Positions 27,423 through 43,035 are shown, numbered from the stretch's first letter. The stretch: DNA of 64,000 nt from Salpingoeca rosetta (GCA_033442325.1 JAWQFM010000002.1:275954-339953); one strand, 5' to 3'. Notes: generated from the letters alone by a model not told the origin. Numbers and translations are program-made.

Positions 27423-29702
27423 TGTGTTGCGAAAAAAGATGATCGCCCTAACCTTGACGTCATTGCATTTGAGGGGAATATCAACACACGTACTGTTGAG
27501 CATCATTATGATCATCACCGTCACAATCACCGTCACAATCACGACCACTGTCACCAGGGAGACGGGCCTTGCCTTTGAGCTGCACGACACGACATATGAG
27601 ATTCCAAACAGAACGCTCGCCTCTGGCGAACTCCTCAAATCGGTACAGCGCTTTCTTGCCCGCACCTGTGCCTGTGTGCGTGCGCATGTGTGCCGTGTGT
27701 GTGTGCCGTGCGTGTGTGTACGTGTGTGTGTGTCGTGTGTGTCGTGCGTGTGTGTGTGTGCTTGTGAGTGCGTGTGTCGTGCGTGTGTGTCTGCGTGTGT
27801 GTGTGTGCTTGTGAGTGTGTGTCTGTGTGTGTGTGTGTGTGTGCACTCAGGGCTCACGCATGCCTGCGCCCTGCGGAATGTGTGTGTGCGTGTGTGTGTC
27901 AGCGGGAAGGGACGGTTGCACGGCGCGGGTATTGGGGCGACATCCTGACAGGTGAGATGTCACACATTGTGCATCGTCGCCAACACGGAAGCAGCAGCCA
28001 TCATTTCGTGAACCACGTTCAATAATAGTGCTTTCCCCCCCCCCCCCAACTGAACACACAACAGGCGCACCGATGGCACATCCATGACGCATCTCTGACA
28101 CACACACACACACGCACACAAAATTATACACACATGACACAATTGCCACCACCACCACTCTCTGTTTCCCATAGGGCCGTATGTCTCGTTTGGAATTGAG
28201 CCCACGAACGAGAAAATGTTGGAGAAGCGCAACGACCAATACGTCAAGGTTTGTACATGTGTGTGTGTGTGTGAACGTCTTGTGTGCGCACGTCTTCAAG
28301 ACCCAGTGCACGTGTTAGCCAACATGCATGTGCTGTTGTTCCTAGTCGTGCATGTACGTGCACACTCGCGTGGTGCTGCTGAACCATGCACCTCACCTTT
28401 CACCTCCTCCCCCCCCCACTTCCATGTGTTGCGGCGCGTGTGTTGACAGAGTGCGGTGGATGTGTCTGAGGACGAGGTGTCGCAACTAATGGCCGAACTC
28501 CTCCCGGCAGCAGAGGCGGCAGATGACACAGGTGGGGGTGTGGTGTGGTGCTGGTGGTAATCGCTTTGTTGGCGTGATAGTTGTGATTGTTGTGTGATAA
28601 TTGCGGTGATGATCGTGAGGAAAGTGAATGGTGTGAGCACACACACACACACATACACATGTACGCACGCATACACACATGTATACACACATGTACGCAT
28701 GTACGCACGCATGCACGCACACACACATGCGTGTGCAGGAGCGCGAGTGACGATCCACGTGCTGTCTCCCAACAGCTTGGAGACGCTGACGAGGAAGCGC
28801 AAGTTCCAGCACATGTTCCACGCCATGTTCTTCTCCAGCAGGTTCGCTCGCATCTCACGAGAAATCGTACAGTGCCAGGGATACGTGTATGTGGGTATGT
28901 GCGTGCGTGCGTGACTTGGCTGTCTCGGCGACACACACACACACACACACATACACACACTCTCACACACACATACACATATGCACATGCACGCACACGC
29001 ACACACACACACATACACACACGCACATGCACACACACACACACATACAAACACCAGCATGGCGCATTTGCTGTCGCCGGATGTGCAATTGGCGGCAAAG
29101 CCAAACGCGCGGCTGTTGATGGAGACGGGCAAGTTTGTGCTCGCACTCAACAAAGAGCAGACGCAGCAGTACCTCGACAAGGTCTGGCGTGAATGTGTGT
29201 GTATGGATGTATGTATGTATGGATGTATGTATGTATGGATGTATGGATGTATGTATGTATGTATGTATGTATGTATGTATGTATGTATGTATGTATGTGT
29301 GTATGTATGTATGTATGTATGTATGTATGTATGTATGTATGTATGTATGTATGTATGTATGTATGTATGTATGTATGTATGTATGTATGTATGTATGTAT
29401 GTATGTATGTATGTATGTATGTATGTATGTGTGTGTGTGTGTACGCGGCAAGCCCCACGTCCTCACATTCCCACGTTCCCACGTTCTCACTCACGTTCCC
29501 TCTGTCTCCCCATACACCGTGCTTGCTCGTGTTACGCTGCTGCAGACTATTGAACTGGCGCAAGCGGCTGGATTCAGGTGTGTGCAGGCGAACATGAATG
29601 GTGAACAATCATGTTTGCTGACTGCGCCAGCGCTTGACCTGCACAGTTCATATCCATCGCGCCATGCCCTCACCCATGACACACACACACACACACGCAC
29701 AC

Positions 29703-29754
<52 letters not shown>

Positions 29755-29830
29755 TTGCAGCCCCGTGAAACCGCCGACTGTGAATGATGCGGTCTATGTG
29801 TGCAAGCGCAACGAAGATGCATCGCAGTAG
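25702..29830 (+). CDS. DNAAF3: Dynein axonemal assembly factor 3 (PF22), multi-exon
   Basis: MSEGVGRVAWWGLSPAMD, INVLLVGASDCRHMLK, EVVARHLLLL, ELGLQERTHLFLELFGN, LKFRECDDLEAI, RYDVRTNLYDWDYSM, RETGLAFE, PNRTLASG, RGYWGDILTGPY. Confidence 0.93.
29200..29430. repeat. (TATG)n intronic microsatellite
   Basis: Direct reading. Confidence 0.95.
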
Positions 29831-30255
29831 TGACCATGCTGACGTGTGCGTGTGCGTGTGTGCGCGTGTGAGTGTGATATTCACATGTATTCGCGTGTGT
29901 ACACCACCACTCATACAGAGAAAAGAAGCACGACGACACTGACAGAGCAAGCGGGCAAGAAGCGCTTACAGACCATACGTCACAGCGCAATCACAACCCA
30001 CAGCCACCACACGCAACACACCACAGACACGCAACAGCACGGCACAATGGATTGTGTGAAGACAGTCCAAAAAGCTACTCGAGCGACAGCAAAGACCCAT
30101 GTTGTGGGGGGGGGGGAATTGTTGCAAACACGGCCATCAGACATCAAACCAGCAACAAGACAAGTGACAACAGCAGCGCTAACCCCAACAACTGTGCCAG
30201 CCATGCAATGCAGGGGACTTGCGATTGTTGCTGGGCAGGTCTTGTTGCGTGCTGT

Positions 30256-31115
<860 letters not shown>

Positions 31116-31441
31116 TGTCCGACGTTCGCGACACCACAAAACAGCAACAAATTATGGTATTATTGCCGCATCAAATCATTACACTTTTTTGTATCGTGCT
31201 GTGTGTTTGTGTGTGTTTGTGTGTTGTGCTTTTTCCCTCACGCCACATCACCGTGACCACACCAGCGTGTGCGTTGATCTCTCGCTCCCTTCTTCCTGTC
31301 CCTGAGGAGAGCCCTTGCTTGATCTCTTCTCCACACTACACCACACCACACCACACCACACCTGTCGTTCAGCAGCACCCTCTTCAATCACTCTTGATCC
31401 CGCCTCCCCTCTCGCCTTGCGCACACGCAACGCAGCCAAGC

Positions 31442-32992
31442 ATGGATGTCGATGCTGGCAACAATGGGGATCTGGGAACAGCAGCGGCACTGGGTGCTGC
31501 AGGCGGATCTGGGTTTGTCCTGGCGTACCTGCTGGTGGCGCTGCTGTTTGCGCTCCCATGCTCTGTCCCGTGCCTTGATGCAACCATGAAGTGCATTGGG
31601 TGCGAGGGCTGCCCGGATGACTGCTGCGCTGGGCCGCACGAAGACGAAGAGGAGGAGGAGCTCATCCACACGCACAAAGCACACGAGAAGCAGCAACACG
31701 ACAACAGAGGATACCGGCCCCTGCTTGGCGTCAACGGCAGCGGAGGCGTTGACGATGATGAAGAAGTGCAGTTTGAGCGCGTGCGGTACCTTTCCAACGC
31801 GTCCTCCTACCGCCTGCATGAGCGCCTCTTGGACAACAGCGCCCCCGTGGTGTCCCAAACCCAGCAGCATGTGCCCATGAACGAGCAGCCAGATGAGATG
31901 CCTGGCACAGCATCATCGTCGTCGGTGGCGCCACCACCTCCCCCTCCACTCAGCCGGCCTCCCGCGCCAATTGTCACGGTCGAGCCTGCTGATGGCGGCG
32001 ACGACGACTACCGCGCCGGTAGCCACGTGGACATGGAGAGCGATGGTGTCGGCCACAGTCATGACAGCGACGGCGACGGCGACAGCGGCGGTGGTGGCGG
32101 CGGCGGCGGTCATTTTGGCACGTTCCTGATCCTGGTGGAGCTGCTTGCCTCCATCCCGGAATCCTTACTGCTGGCCGTGGCCTTGTCCGAGGGCAAGACG
32201 CCGTCTGCGATCCTGGCATCTGTGATCATCCTCAACTTTGCTGCTGGGTTTGCCATGTTTGTGGACTTGATTCGGCCAGCAGCGACATCAGGCAAGGCCT
32301 ATGGCCGGCGCGGGCACAAGGAGTCGCGCATCCACCAGCTCATGTTCATCGCCACGTCTGCAGCCGCAGGCATGCTCATCTTCTCTGTTGCAGCGGAGGT
32401 GTATGTGGAGTTTGAGGAGACGGATCCAGACTGCCAGCGCGTGGAATCGTACACGCCGATGCTGGAGCTGTTTGCTGGCACGGCGTTTGGCGCGTTCCTC
32501 GTTATTCTGCTGGTGTGGGTGAGTGGGTCCCGCTATGCCCACCGCTACAAGGACAAGCTCATGCGCGCGCTGTCACGCTTGCGGCGCCGCTCATCACCAT
32601 CATCATCGTCGTCGTCGTCGTCGTCGTCGTCGGTGTGCAGCCTGAGCAACGCGTACATCAAGGCACTGCTGCTGGTGCTGTTTCTGTCCCTGTGGCTGTT
32701 CATGCTCACCATCTTTGGGTTCCTCATTTTCTCCAACTCCTCTGGTGGCAACCACAACTTCACGGAGGGCGTTGGTGGGGGTGCGTTCCTGTTCACCATT
32801 GGGGGCACGCTGATACCGGAGGCGCAGAAGGCGTCGCGCCTAACGGGATGGTCGTCGCTTCGCAAGGAGATTATCAGCGCAGTCACATTCTTGGTTGGCT
32901 TCCTGGCTGCCGTCGTTGTGGTTGTGCTTGCAGAAGAGGATCACGTGTGCATCCCCAAGAACGCCGTCGTCACAACAACAGCCGCACCTTGA
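31442..32992 (+). CDS. Divergent ZIP (SLC39/ZupT-like) multi-pass membrane protein, intronless
   Basis: About 8 hydrophobic segments. ZIP-like motifs LLASIPES, ILNFAAG, GGGAFLFTIGGTLIPEA and TFLVGFL are present, with a Cys/His/acidic loop after the first TM. Confidence 0.65.
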   Translation: MDVDAGNNGDLGTAAALGAAGGSGFVLAYLLVALLFALPCSVPCLDATMKCIGCEGCPDDCCAGPHEDEEEEELIHTHKAHEKQQHDNRGYRPLLGVNGSGGVDDDEEVQFERVRYLSNASSYRLHERLLDNSAPVVSQTQQHVPMNEQPDEMPGTASSSSVAPPPPPPLSRPPAPIVTVEPADGGDDDYRAGSHVDMESDGVGHSHDSDGDGDSGGGGGGGGHFGTFLILVELLASIPESLLLAVALSEGKTPSAILASVIILNFAAGFAMFVDLIRPAATSGKAYGRRGHKESRIHQLMFIATSAAAGMLIFSVAAEVYVEFEETDPDCQRVESYTPMLELFAGTAFGAFLVILLVWVSGSRYAHRYKDKLMRALSRLRRRSSPSSSSSSSSSSSVCSLSNAYIKALLLVLFLSLWLFMLTIFGFLIFSNSSGGNHNFTEGVGGGAFLFTIGGTLIPEAQKASRLTGWSSLRKEIISAVTFLVGFLAAVVVVVLAEEDHVCIPKNAVVTTTAAP

Positions 32993-33084
<92 letters not shown>

Positions 33085-33752
33085 CGTGTGTGTGTACTCT
33101 CTTGTATCCCCGTACCCCCCCCCCTTCTCTCTCCCTTTTATCCATGCACCACTCTCCTTGTGCTCTTTCTCTCTTTCCTCTCCCTTGTATCCGACCCGGT
33201 GCTTCGTTACCATTTCCACCATCAGTCATCATCACGTAGGACCTGCTTGCTTGCTTGCTTTGTGCTTCCCCCCAAAATCGATCCCTTGTGTCTCTCTCTT
33301 GCCAGTTTCGTGCTCTCTCTGTGTGTTAGCTTGCGACTGTCACGTCATGTTCCCATCATTGTCAGTCATTTGATTGATTGGTGGTGTTGTTGTTGTGTAA
33401 TGGGCGAGAGAGATTAAACCGAAACCAATGCAGGTGAAGCGATGACAACAAAGCGTCGTCAAAAATCATCTCACACAGCAGGAACAGTAGTGGTCATTGC
33501 ATTAGCAAGGGTAACGTGGCAGGCGAGCGAGGTCATCATCGATCGTACACAATGTGCTTGCAAGCATGCGTGCAGGAGGCAAAACCAAAACACAAAACAG
33601 GGAGGTGCAGTAGTGGTGTTGAATGAATCAAAGGAAAAACGAAAAAACAAAAAAACATAAGGGTGGCACGTTTCAAGGTAGGGAAAGCACACGGACACAG
33701 CCGCAGAGAGTGAGGCCGAGGGGGGGGGGTCAGCACCTCACGATGATGATGC

Positions 33753-36005
<2,253 letters not shown>

Positions 36006-36214
36006 TCACATCAAACGAAGAAGAAGCAAGCGATGCTGCCGAAGACGCAAGCAGGTGCGAGAAGCAACCAGCCGCGCTGAGATGCAACCAGCACAGTCAT
36101 CATGTGCTGGAAGCGCAGAAGCAACCAGAAGGCAATCAGTGACAGTGCTGATTGTTGCTTCTGCACCAAAACGAACGAAGCAGACAAGAATGAGTCAGCG
36201 AAATTTGGGGAAGG

Positions 36215-36221
36215 AAAAAAA
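36215..36221 (-). terminator. Pol III oligo-T terminator of tRNA-Ala
   Basis: T7 run on the minus strand 8 nt downstream of the tRNA 3' end. Confidence 0.8.
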
Positions 36222-36229
36222 GTCAACCG

Positions 36230-36302
36230 TGGAGCTGCCGGGTATCGATCCCGGTACCTCTCGCATGCTAAGCGAGCGCTCTACCACTTGAGCTACAGCC
36301 CC
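36230..36302 (-). tRNA. tRNA-Ala (anticodon AGC)
   Basis: GGGGCTGTAGCTCAAGTGGTAGAGCGCTCGCTTAGCATGCGAGAGGTACCGGGATCGATACCCGGCAGCTCCA folds as a cloverleaf with the G3:U70 Ala identity pair. Confidence 0.97.
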
Positions 36303-36541
36303 GATTTGATTCGGATGAGAAATCGGTGAGGTTTGCGGTTTATTTATGCTCCGTGGGGAAGAGAGAGGGGGAAGAGAGGAGAAGAGAGGGGAAGAGAGGG
36401 GAAGAGAGGGGAAGAGAAGAGGTACGGAGAGAATGCGATGCACACACACACACACATCGATGCACACACACAAACACACACACACACACGCACACACACG
36501 CACACACGCACACACACACGCATCGACACGCGTAGGGTTGA

Positions 36542-37099
36542 TTAGTGCTGTGTTGGTGTGGCGGGCACCAATGCGGCCAGGGAGCGCTTCTGGTCATCTG
36601 GGAGCCGTGACAACTGAATGAAGAACCTGTGGCATAGCTTGCACTTGCCTCCAGAGGCAATCTTCATTCTGCCTCGACAGTGTTCAACCCCAGAAACCCG
36701 AAACGTGAGCGCACAAAACCGGGGGAGGGAACGAACAAACACACACACACACACACACAAACACACACAACACACACACACAAACACACACGCATGCACA
36801 CAAACACACACAACACACACACAACGCACACACCGCACACACAACGCACAAACACAAACACATACACAACAAGACTTTGTACCATCGACAAAACCATGCA
36901 CGCATCCTCGTACACACCTAAAGACAGCTCTTCCTCACACGCACACTTACGCGCATTTCTGACAGGCCAAGAAGCAGCCACAAGGCATGGCACGGTACTC
37001 CACAGGAACCTTCTTGCACAGCTTGCAGGTCGCGCCTTCCTTGGTGGTGGGTAACCGTGGCAGCGAGGCCATGAAGTCATCGTCCTCGTCTGAGCTCAT
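36542..37099 (-). CDS. Small (91 aa) RING-like zinc finger protein, 2 exons (37099-36951, 36668-36542)
   Basis: The in-phase splice GC|gtaagt...cag|A completes C-x2-C-x11-C-x-C-x3-C-x2-C-x9-C-x2-C. Confidence 0.75.
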
Positions 37100-37202
37100 C
37101 GCGATCTTCTTGCCTGCTGTTTGTTGTGTTTTCCGGGTTGGTTGCGGAGAAATAGCGGTCACACTCATGAATTTTCAGCACTGTGCTTAACGTGAACGAT
37201 CG

Positions 37203-37798
37203 ATGGCGGACAACAACCACCAGCACAGCCAACAACGCCGCCAAGTGGCACTGCGCATGTTGTTGTGTTGTGATGCGCAGCGCAGCGATGCTCGCGTTGT
37301 GGACGGCTGTGTGCGTGGTCTTTGCAACATGCCAGACAGCAGCACAGCGTCGGAGACGCAGGGTGCTGCTGTTCCTGAGATGATGATGATGATGATGCGC
37401 GTGACTGCGCGACAACGCGCGCTATGTGAGCACGTCACCTTCATGACAAGGTCGCCCATGCAGTCATCGTCGTTGCCGCCTGATGCACACCACGCAGTGT
37501 CTACCACGGCTGCGGCACTTGCGAAACGGCTCCACGCCCGTCCCCTGACACTCCTTCACGACAGCGCAACAAAACTCCCAGCAGCAACAGCAGCAACCAC
37601 AGCTGCACAAGTGGACCGCGCGACATCGCTGTCATTGAATCTGCTACCGCAGCAAACCAAGCCTGACACCATCGGCGCTGCACCCGCCGCCCTCGTGCGG
37701 CAGATTCTTGCGGGTCACACCGGCGCTGCCACTGTAACCACAACAAGCACACAACAGCAACCACACGCTGGCGCTGCCACTGTTACCACAACAGGCGC

Positions 37799-37885
<87 letters not shown>

Positions 37886-39266
37886 GCAGCAGCAGCAGCA
37901 GCAGGAGCAGACGGAACAACAGCATGTGAGGAAGAAGGCAAAAGTCTTGTCTGAAGCTGGTTTACACGAGGAGCGGAGCAACATATCAACAGAAGCATCC
38001 ACGAAGCACGCGCATTTGACCGGAAGCGATACACGGCACACGTTGCCACCTCCTTCAACCGTGCCATCCACGCAGGCCCCATCACGCCATCAGGTCAGCC
38101 GAATGGGTTCCCCAGCCACCAGCCCCGTGCGCCCGACACAAGCGCCCTTGTCGTCAGGCACGCCGGGCGTGTCCATGCCCTCGCCTCGAAAGGTGCAGGC
38201 CCTGGCACTGCAGCTTCAGCGCAGGTGGGCCACAGCGGCATCAGCAGCTCCGCCATCCACGTCGTCATCCTCGTTGGCTCAGACAGCGGCAGCAAACCAG
38301 CCGACCACTTCTGCCGCCACGACAGCGATGCTTGCGCTGAACAGCCCCGCACCAACTGGACTGCACCACACAGCCCCTTCTTCCGCAACGCAAAGCCAGA
38401 CGCATCTTGACGACTGGGCGCACGTGCTCTCGCGCGTGGACGTGAGCACGTGCGAACGCCTGTGTCGCCGTGTCTTTGCCCACGCCATGCAGCAGGTGCA
38501 GTCGGAAGAACAGCAGCAGAAGCGGGCATCAACAACTACCCCTGGTGAAACAACAGGCGCACATGCTGCACCAAAACCAACAACCACAGCGATACCAGCT
38601 GCTTCAGCGACAGTGAATGCAAAGGGCACGTCCGAGGACAACCAGCAGCTGTCGTTACGCATGCAGACGCTTGCTGTCGCTGTCACCAGGGACATACCCC
38701 ACATGACCACGAACGGGTTGCCACACGACCATGCTGTCGCCATCCTGCACACGCTCGTCCTCCCTGCGTGCCTGGCGCTGGCATCCGCACCCTCCCGCGC
38801 GCTTCAGCAGGCCCTGCTTGACTCGGCAGCGGCGCGACCGCAAGCGGTGGTTGACGGCGTGATTGCGCCACTCATGACATCGCCCGGCGGGCTTGGTGTG
38901 CCCCAGCGCGTGCTTGCTCTTCAGGTGGCACGTGCCCTGTCAGCTGCACCTGTAGCGCAGGCGGCCCTTTCGCGCGTGGCAGCTGCGATTGTTGCCTCGT
39001 CCACGCCGCTCACGGACAACATGTGTGAGGTGCTCGCCGCCATGGCGGGGCTGTGTGACGCTCCAACACAGACGCAGCTCGCAAGCATCGTCTCGTTGCT
39101 GTCGTACGCAGCAGTGCCGCAAGCCGAGTCCCTGCGCTTTGCCAAACTTGTGCTCGCTGTTCTTCAGCTGCAAGGGGTTGTGCAGTACCACGGGGCGGCG
39201 ATGAAGACGGTTGTTGATGCAAACAAGACATTTCTGCGGCGAAAGCTGGCTGCTTGCTTGGCGTGA
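37203..39266 (+). CDS. FANCE: Fanconi anaemia group E-like protein (FANCE C-terminal helical domain), intronless, 687 aa
   Basis: LVLPACLALASAPSRALQQAL...VIAPLM...GVPQ and SLRFAKLVLAVL...NKTFLRRKL resemble the FANCE C-terminus (recalled: SASRLLTTAL, SMAYAKLML, NTTFLRKSL). Confidence 0.7.
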
Positions 39267-39679
39267 CTTATCGCTGGCTTGGTTGGTTGGTCGGTCGGTC
39301 GGTTGGTGAGTTGGTGTGTTGGCCGCAACTGTTGCCGTAGGCGATTGTGTAACGTTGTGTGTTGGGCCTGGGCTTGCTCGTGTTCTTGGCCTTGATGTCA
39401 GTCATCAAGTCTGTGCGTTTATTATTAGGTTGACACGTGTACGCATTCATGCACCCATGCATTTGAATTGAAGCAAATAAAAGAAGCAGCTCGGTGACAA
39501 ATAAACCGTACCAACGGCTTGTCTAGTGTAAACTTTACACACACACACGCAAACATGTTGACACACACACACACACACACGCAAACGTGTTGACACACAC
39601 ACACACACGCAAACATGTTGACACACACACACACACACACACACAGACACACAGACATTCTCCCTCCGCTTGTGTGCTA

Positions 39680-40681
39680 TCACCATCGTCCTCGAGGGCG
39701 TTTCGGCGCCATCATCCCATATGACGACGATGATAGGGCGGACATGCCATGGTGTGATCGGTGGTATGAGGTTGCCTCTTGCGCCGTCCGCTTGGCACTT
39801 TCATGGCCGCTGTGCGCGTGGTAACTCACACTCGCCCTCTCGCTTCGGTGACTCCCGCTCCAACTACTACTGGTGCTGGTGCTGGCGCTGGTGCTGCGTC
39901 TGCTTACATCGCGGCCACCACCGCCACTTCTGGCACCACCCCACTCGCCACCGCTTCTGCTGCCTCTGCTGCTGCTTCTACTGCCACTGCCGCTTGTCTC
40001 GCCATTTCTGCCACTACCATTCCTGCTTCGACGGCTGCTGCTGCTGCTGCTCGAGGTGGTCCCCTTGCTTGTGGTGTTGGCCTCAATGTCGGCCGCCCTG
40101 ATTCGAATCAGCTGATTTGCAAGTGCTCGCATGAAACTGTGCAGCCGCTCATGCTTCCTGCCGCCTTCCTGCTGTTGCCGTTGCCGTTGCTGCTGGTGGT
40201 GCTGGTGGTGCTGGTGCAGGTGGTGGTGCAAGTCGTGGCTGTGGTGGTTGGTTTGTCGCCCGTGCTCAAGAAACGCATTGACGGCGGTGACGGTGATGAG
40301 AAACACAAACTGCACCAGCGACGGGTGCTTGGAGCCCCACTTGTCTTCAAAAGGGTCGACACTGCGAGAGAGGAAGTCGTGGTCAGCCAGAGACAGGCGG
40401 CCGCGAAAGTACAGGCTGGCGTCCTCAATGGGGAAGAAGGCGACATCTGATCGCCCGTTGCGGGCCGGAAACACATCCATGCGTGTCACAAGGCCACTCC
40501 TCGTGCAGACTTGGCACACGTGCCCTGTGCATGCACGCACGTAGATGTTGTTGATGGTGACGATGTGAGCACAAGGAGGCGCAAGGGTGCAAAGAAAGAG
40601 CCAAATTACATCGACTCAAACATACACATCAAAAGACGCACGCGGTCGCACTGATATAACACACACACACACACACACACA

Positions 40682-40767
<86 letters not shown>

Positions 40768-40777
40768 GACACACAAA

Positions 40778-40813
<36 letters not shown>

Positions 40814-40826
40814 GACACACAAAGAC

Positions 40827-40858
<32 letters not shown>

Positions 40859-40861
40859 GCA

Positions 40862-40902
<41 letters not shown>

Positions 40903-42489
40903 AAGACAATCACGTACGGGTCTTGCGGTTGGGGATGGCGGCGGCGAGGCGATGGCTGTCGAGCGTGCAGAACGGTTCAACAACCGCGGGAAGCGTGGTG
41001 GTCGTGTGTTCGGCACGGGTGCCAGCCCCAGTGCGCTGCATGTTGGCATTCCACTCCTTCCACAGCTCGCCCACACCTTTGGTGAAGCCGTTTGTGTCCC
41101 TGCTACCACTACTGCCGGTGCTGGTGCTTCTGCTGCGACGGTGTTGGTGCGATGGGCTGTTCAATACGGTAATGCGAAGGTTGTTGCTGATGTCCACGAA
41201 TCGGCGCCACGTCATGAATCGAGCCAGGCACTGGGACGGCGCCATGGCCGTTGGATCGTCCGCGTGCGTGTTGGGCGGCGTTGCGAATCTCTCCTCCGCC
41301 GTCAAGCTGCCACATGCGACCACAAACCCGAGGCCGACGTACTGCAGAAGCTCAACCAAGGTGAGCGGCAGTGCTGAGGCGTTCTTCTTGTCGAGCTCGC
41401 CTTGGGTTGCCGGCACCACCGATGCTTGTAGAAATGTGACGGGAAGGAAGCGCAGGAACACATCCAACTCCCTCAACGGCTGTTCAGCCGCCACAATACG
41501 CGGTACTGGTGCTGGTGCTGGTGCTGGTGCTGGTATCACGGCAGAGAAGGAGTGCGGCGAGGGGTCGAGGGGCTGGCGGGTCGTGGCGGTGATTGGCAGC
41601 GGTGCCACATCGGCATCACGGTTGGATGCACGCGACGAGGAGGACGAGGACGGCAAGGAGGAAGAGGCCGAACTTGAAAGAGGAGAGGTGGAATGAGAAG
41701 ACACACCGCGTGTCCGCAGATGAGCGCGTCGACTGCTACCCGTGCTGGTGTCTGTGCTGGTGCCTGTGCTGGTGCCTGTGCTGGTGCCTGTGCTGGTGCC
41801 TGTGCTTCTGAAGCGTGCCGAGAGGAGGAGGAGGAGGAGGAGGAGGAGAGTGGCTTGGGGGGTTGGTCGTGGATGTACGGCAGGGCCTCGGCCTCGGAGT
41901 CTGCCTCTGAATCGTCGTCGGCGGAGTCGGCTTCGCTGTCGGTTGCCTCGCTGTCATAGTCGTCGTGCATGGCTGCTCTGGCCTGTGGCACGCGCGATGT
42001 TGCTGTTGCAGTTGTTGTGATGAACCCGTCAGCGTCCATTGGAACGTGGTGGCGGTGGTGAGGGTGGTGGTCGTCGTCGTGGTCGTTGTTGGCGATGGCT
42101 GCGAGTGCGGTCTGTGTGGATGTCGAGCTTGAAGGGCGGCTCGGTTTGCACCTGCTGCCTTTCTTCTTGCGCGTGGATGCGACTGTCTTCACGTGGCACG
42201 GCACGACGTAGAGCTGGGTTCCGTCTGCGGTTTTCACGACGATCATGTTCTTGGGGCGGCTGCCGACGTCCATCTCCTTTGCCTTGCCATCGACGACGGT
42301 GAGCTCGTGCACGTAACCGTCCGAGTCTGTCGGCAGCTGCTGTGCGAGGTCCTTTGGGTACAGCCACTTTCGCTCGCAGAACACCTTGCTGCGCTTTGGC
42401 AGCCGCTTCTTCTTGTTCTTCTTCCGCTTTCGTCGTCGTGGGTGCGTCACAACAACAGTAGTACTGCCACCCCCTCCACTCAATGGCAT
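39680..42489 (-). mobile_element. piggyBac transposase-derived gene, internally deleted and catalytically degenerate, with an intron (40917-40525) and an unresolved frame change near 41700-41850
   Basis: Ordered piggyBac-like motifs: DVFLRFLP, LTLVELLQYVGL, FMTWRRFVDISNNL, WNANM, CTLDS, then SGLVTRMDV, LYFRGRLSLADHD, EDKW, QFVFLITVTAVNAF, FMRALANQLI. No TIRs or TTAA TSD recognised. Confidence 0.68.
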
Positions 42490-42556
42490 GGTGGCGTCAG
42501 CGCTGCTTGTGTTGTGTAGTGTGTAGTGTGTGTGTAGTGTGTGTATGTGTGTATGT

Positions 42557-42628
<72 letters not shown>

Positions 42629-43035
42629 TGCTTTGTCGCTGTCTCGCAACCACCGTTCTCGTTGTTGTTGTCCGCAACGTCCAAAGAAGATTTTTCGCCA
42701 TGTGCGCGCTTGCTGCTTTTGATTCCTTCCTTCCTTCAGTGTGACATCTTGACTGACATGACACACACACACACACTCACAGCAGCGCAACAGCACAACA
42801 CGTACTCACGTAGGCACATGGCATGCCAGCAAGAGCAAGCAACCCACCAGCTCTCTCCCTCCCTGCTCATGATCACATGCACGCACGTACATGCATCTCT
42901 CTTCTTCTCAAAGAAGTTCTGTACACACAAACAAGCAAACACACCAAACAGCCAAACGAGGGGCGCCATTCCACACGACAGGGTTGCTTCTTTCTTTCTT
43001 GCATTCATAGATGCTTCTCTATGCTTGTCATTCAT

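Noticed and set aside
36105-36135. Spaced GAA triplets upstream of HSP70 as a heat-shock element
   Set aside because: Spacing is irregular (8 and 10 bp) and there is no alternating TTC, so an HSE is not supportable.
39539-39640. Three copies of acacacacgcaaacatgttgacacac
   Set aside because: A microsatellite-derived minisatellite without unique spacers, so neither CRISPR-like nor a TIR.
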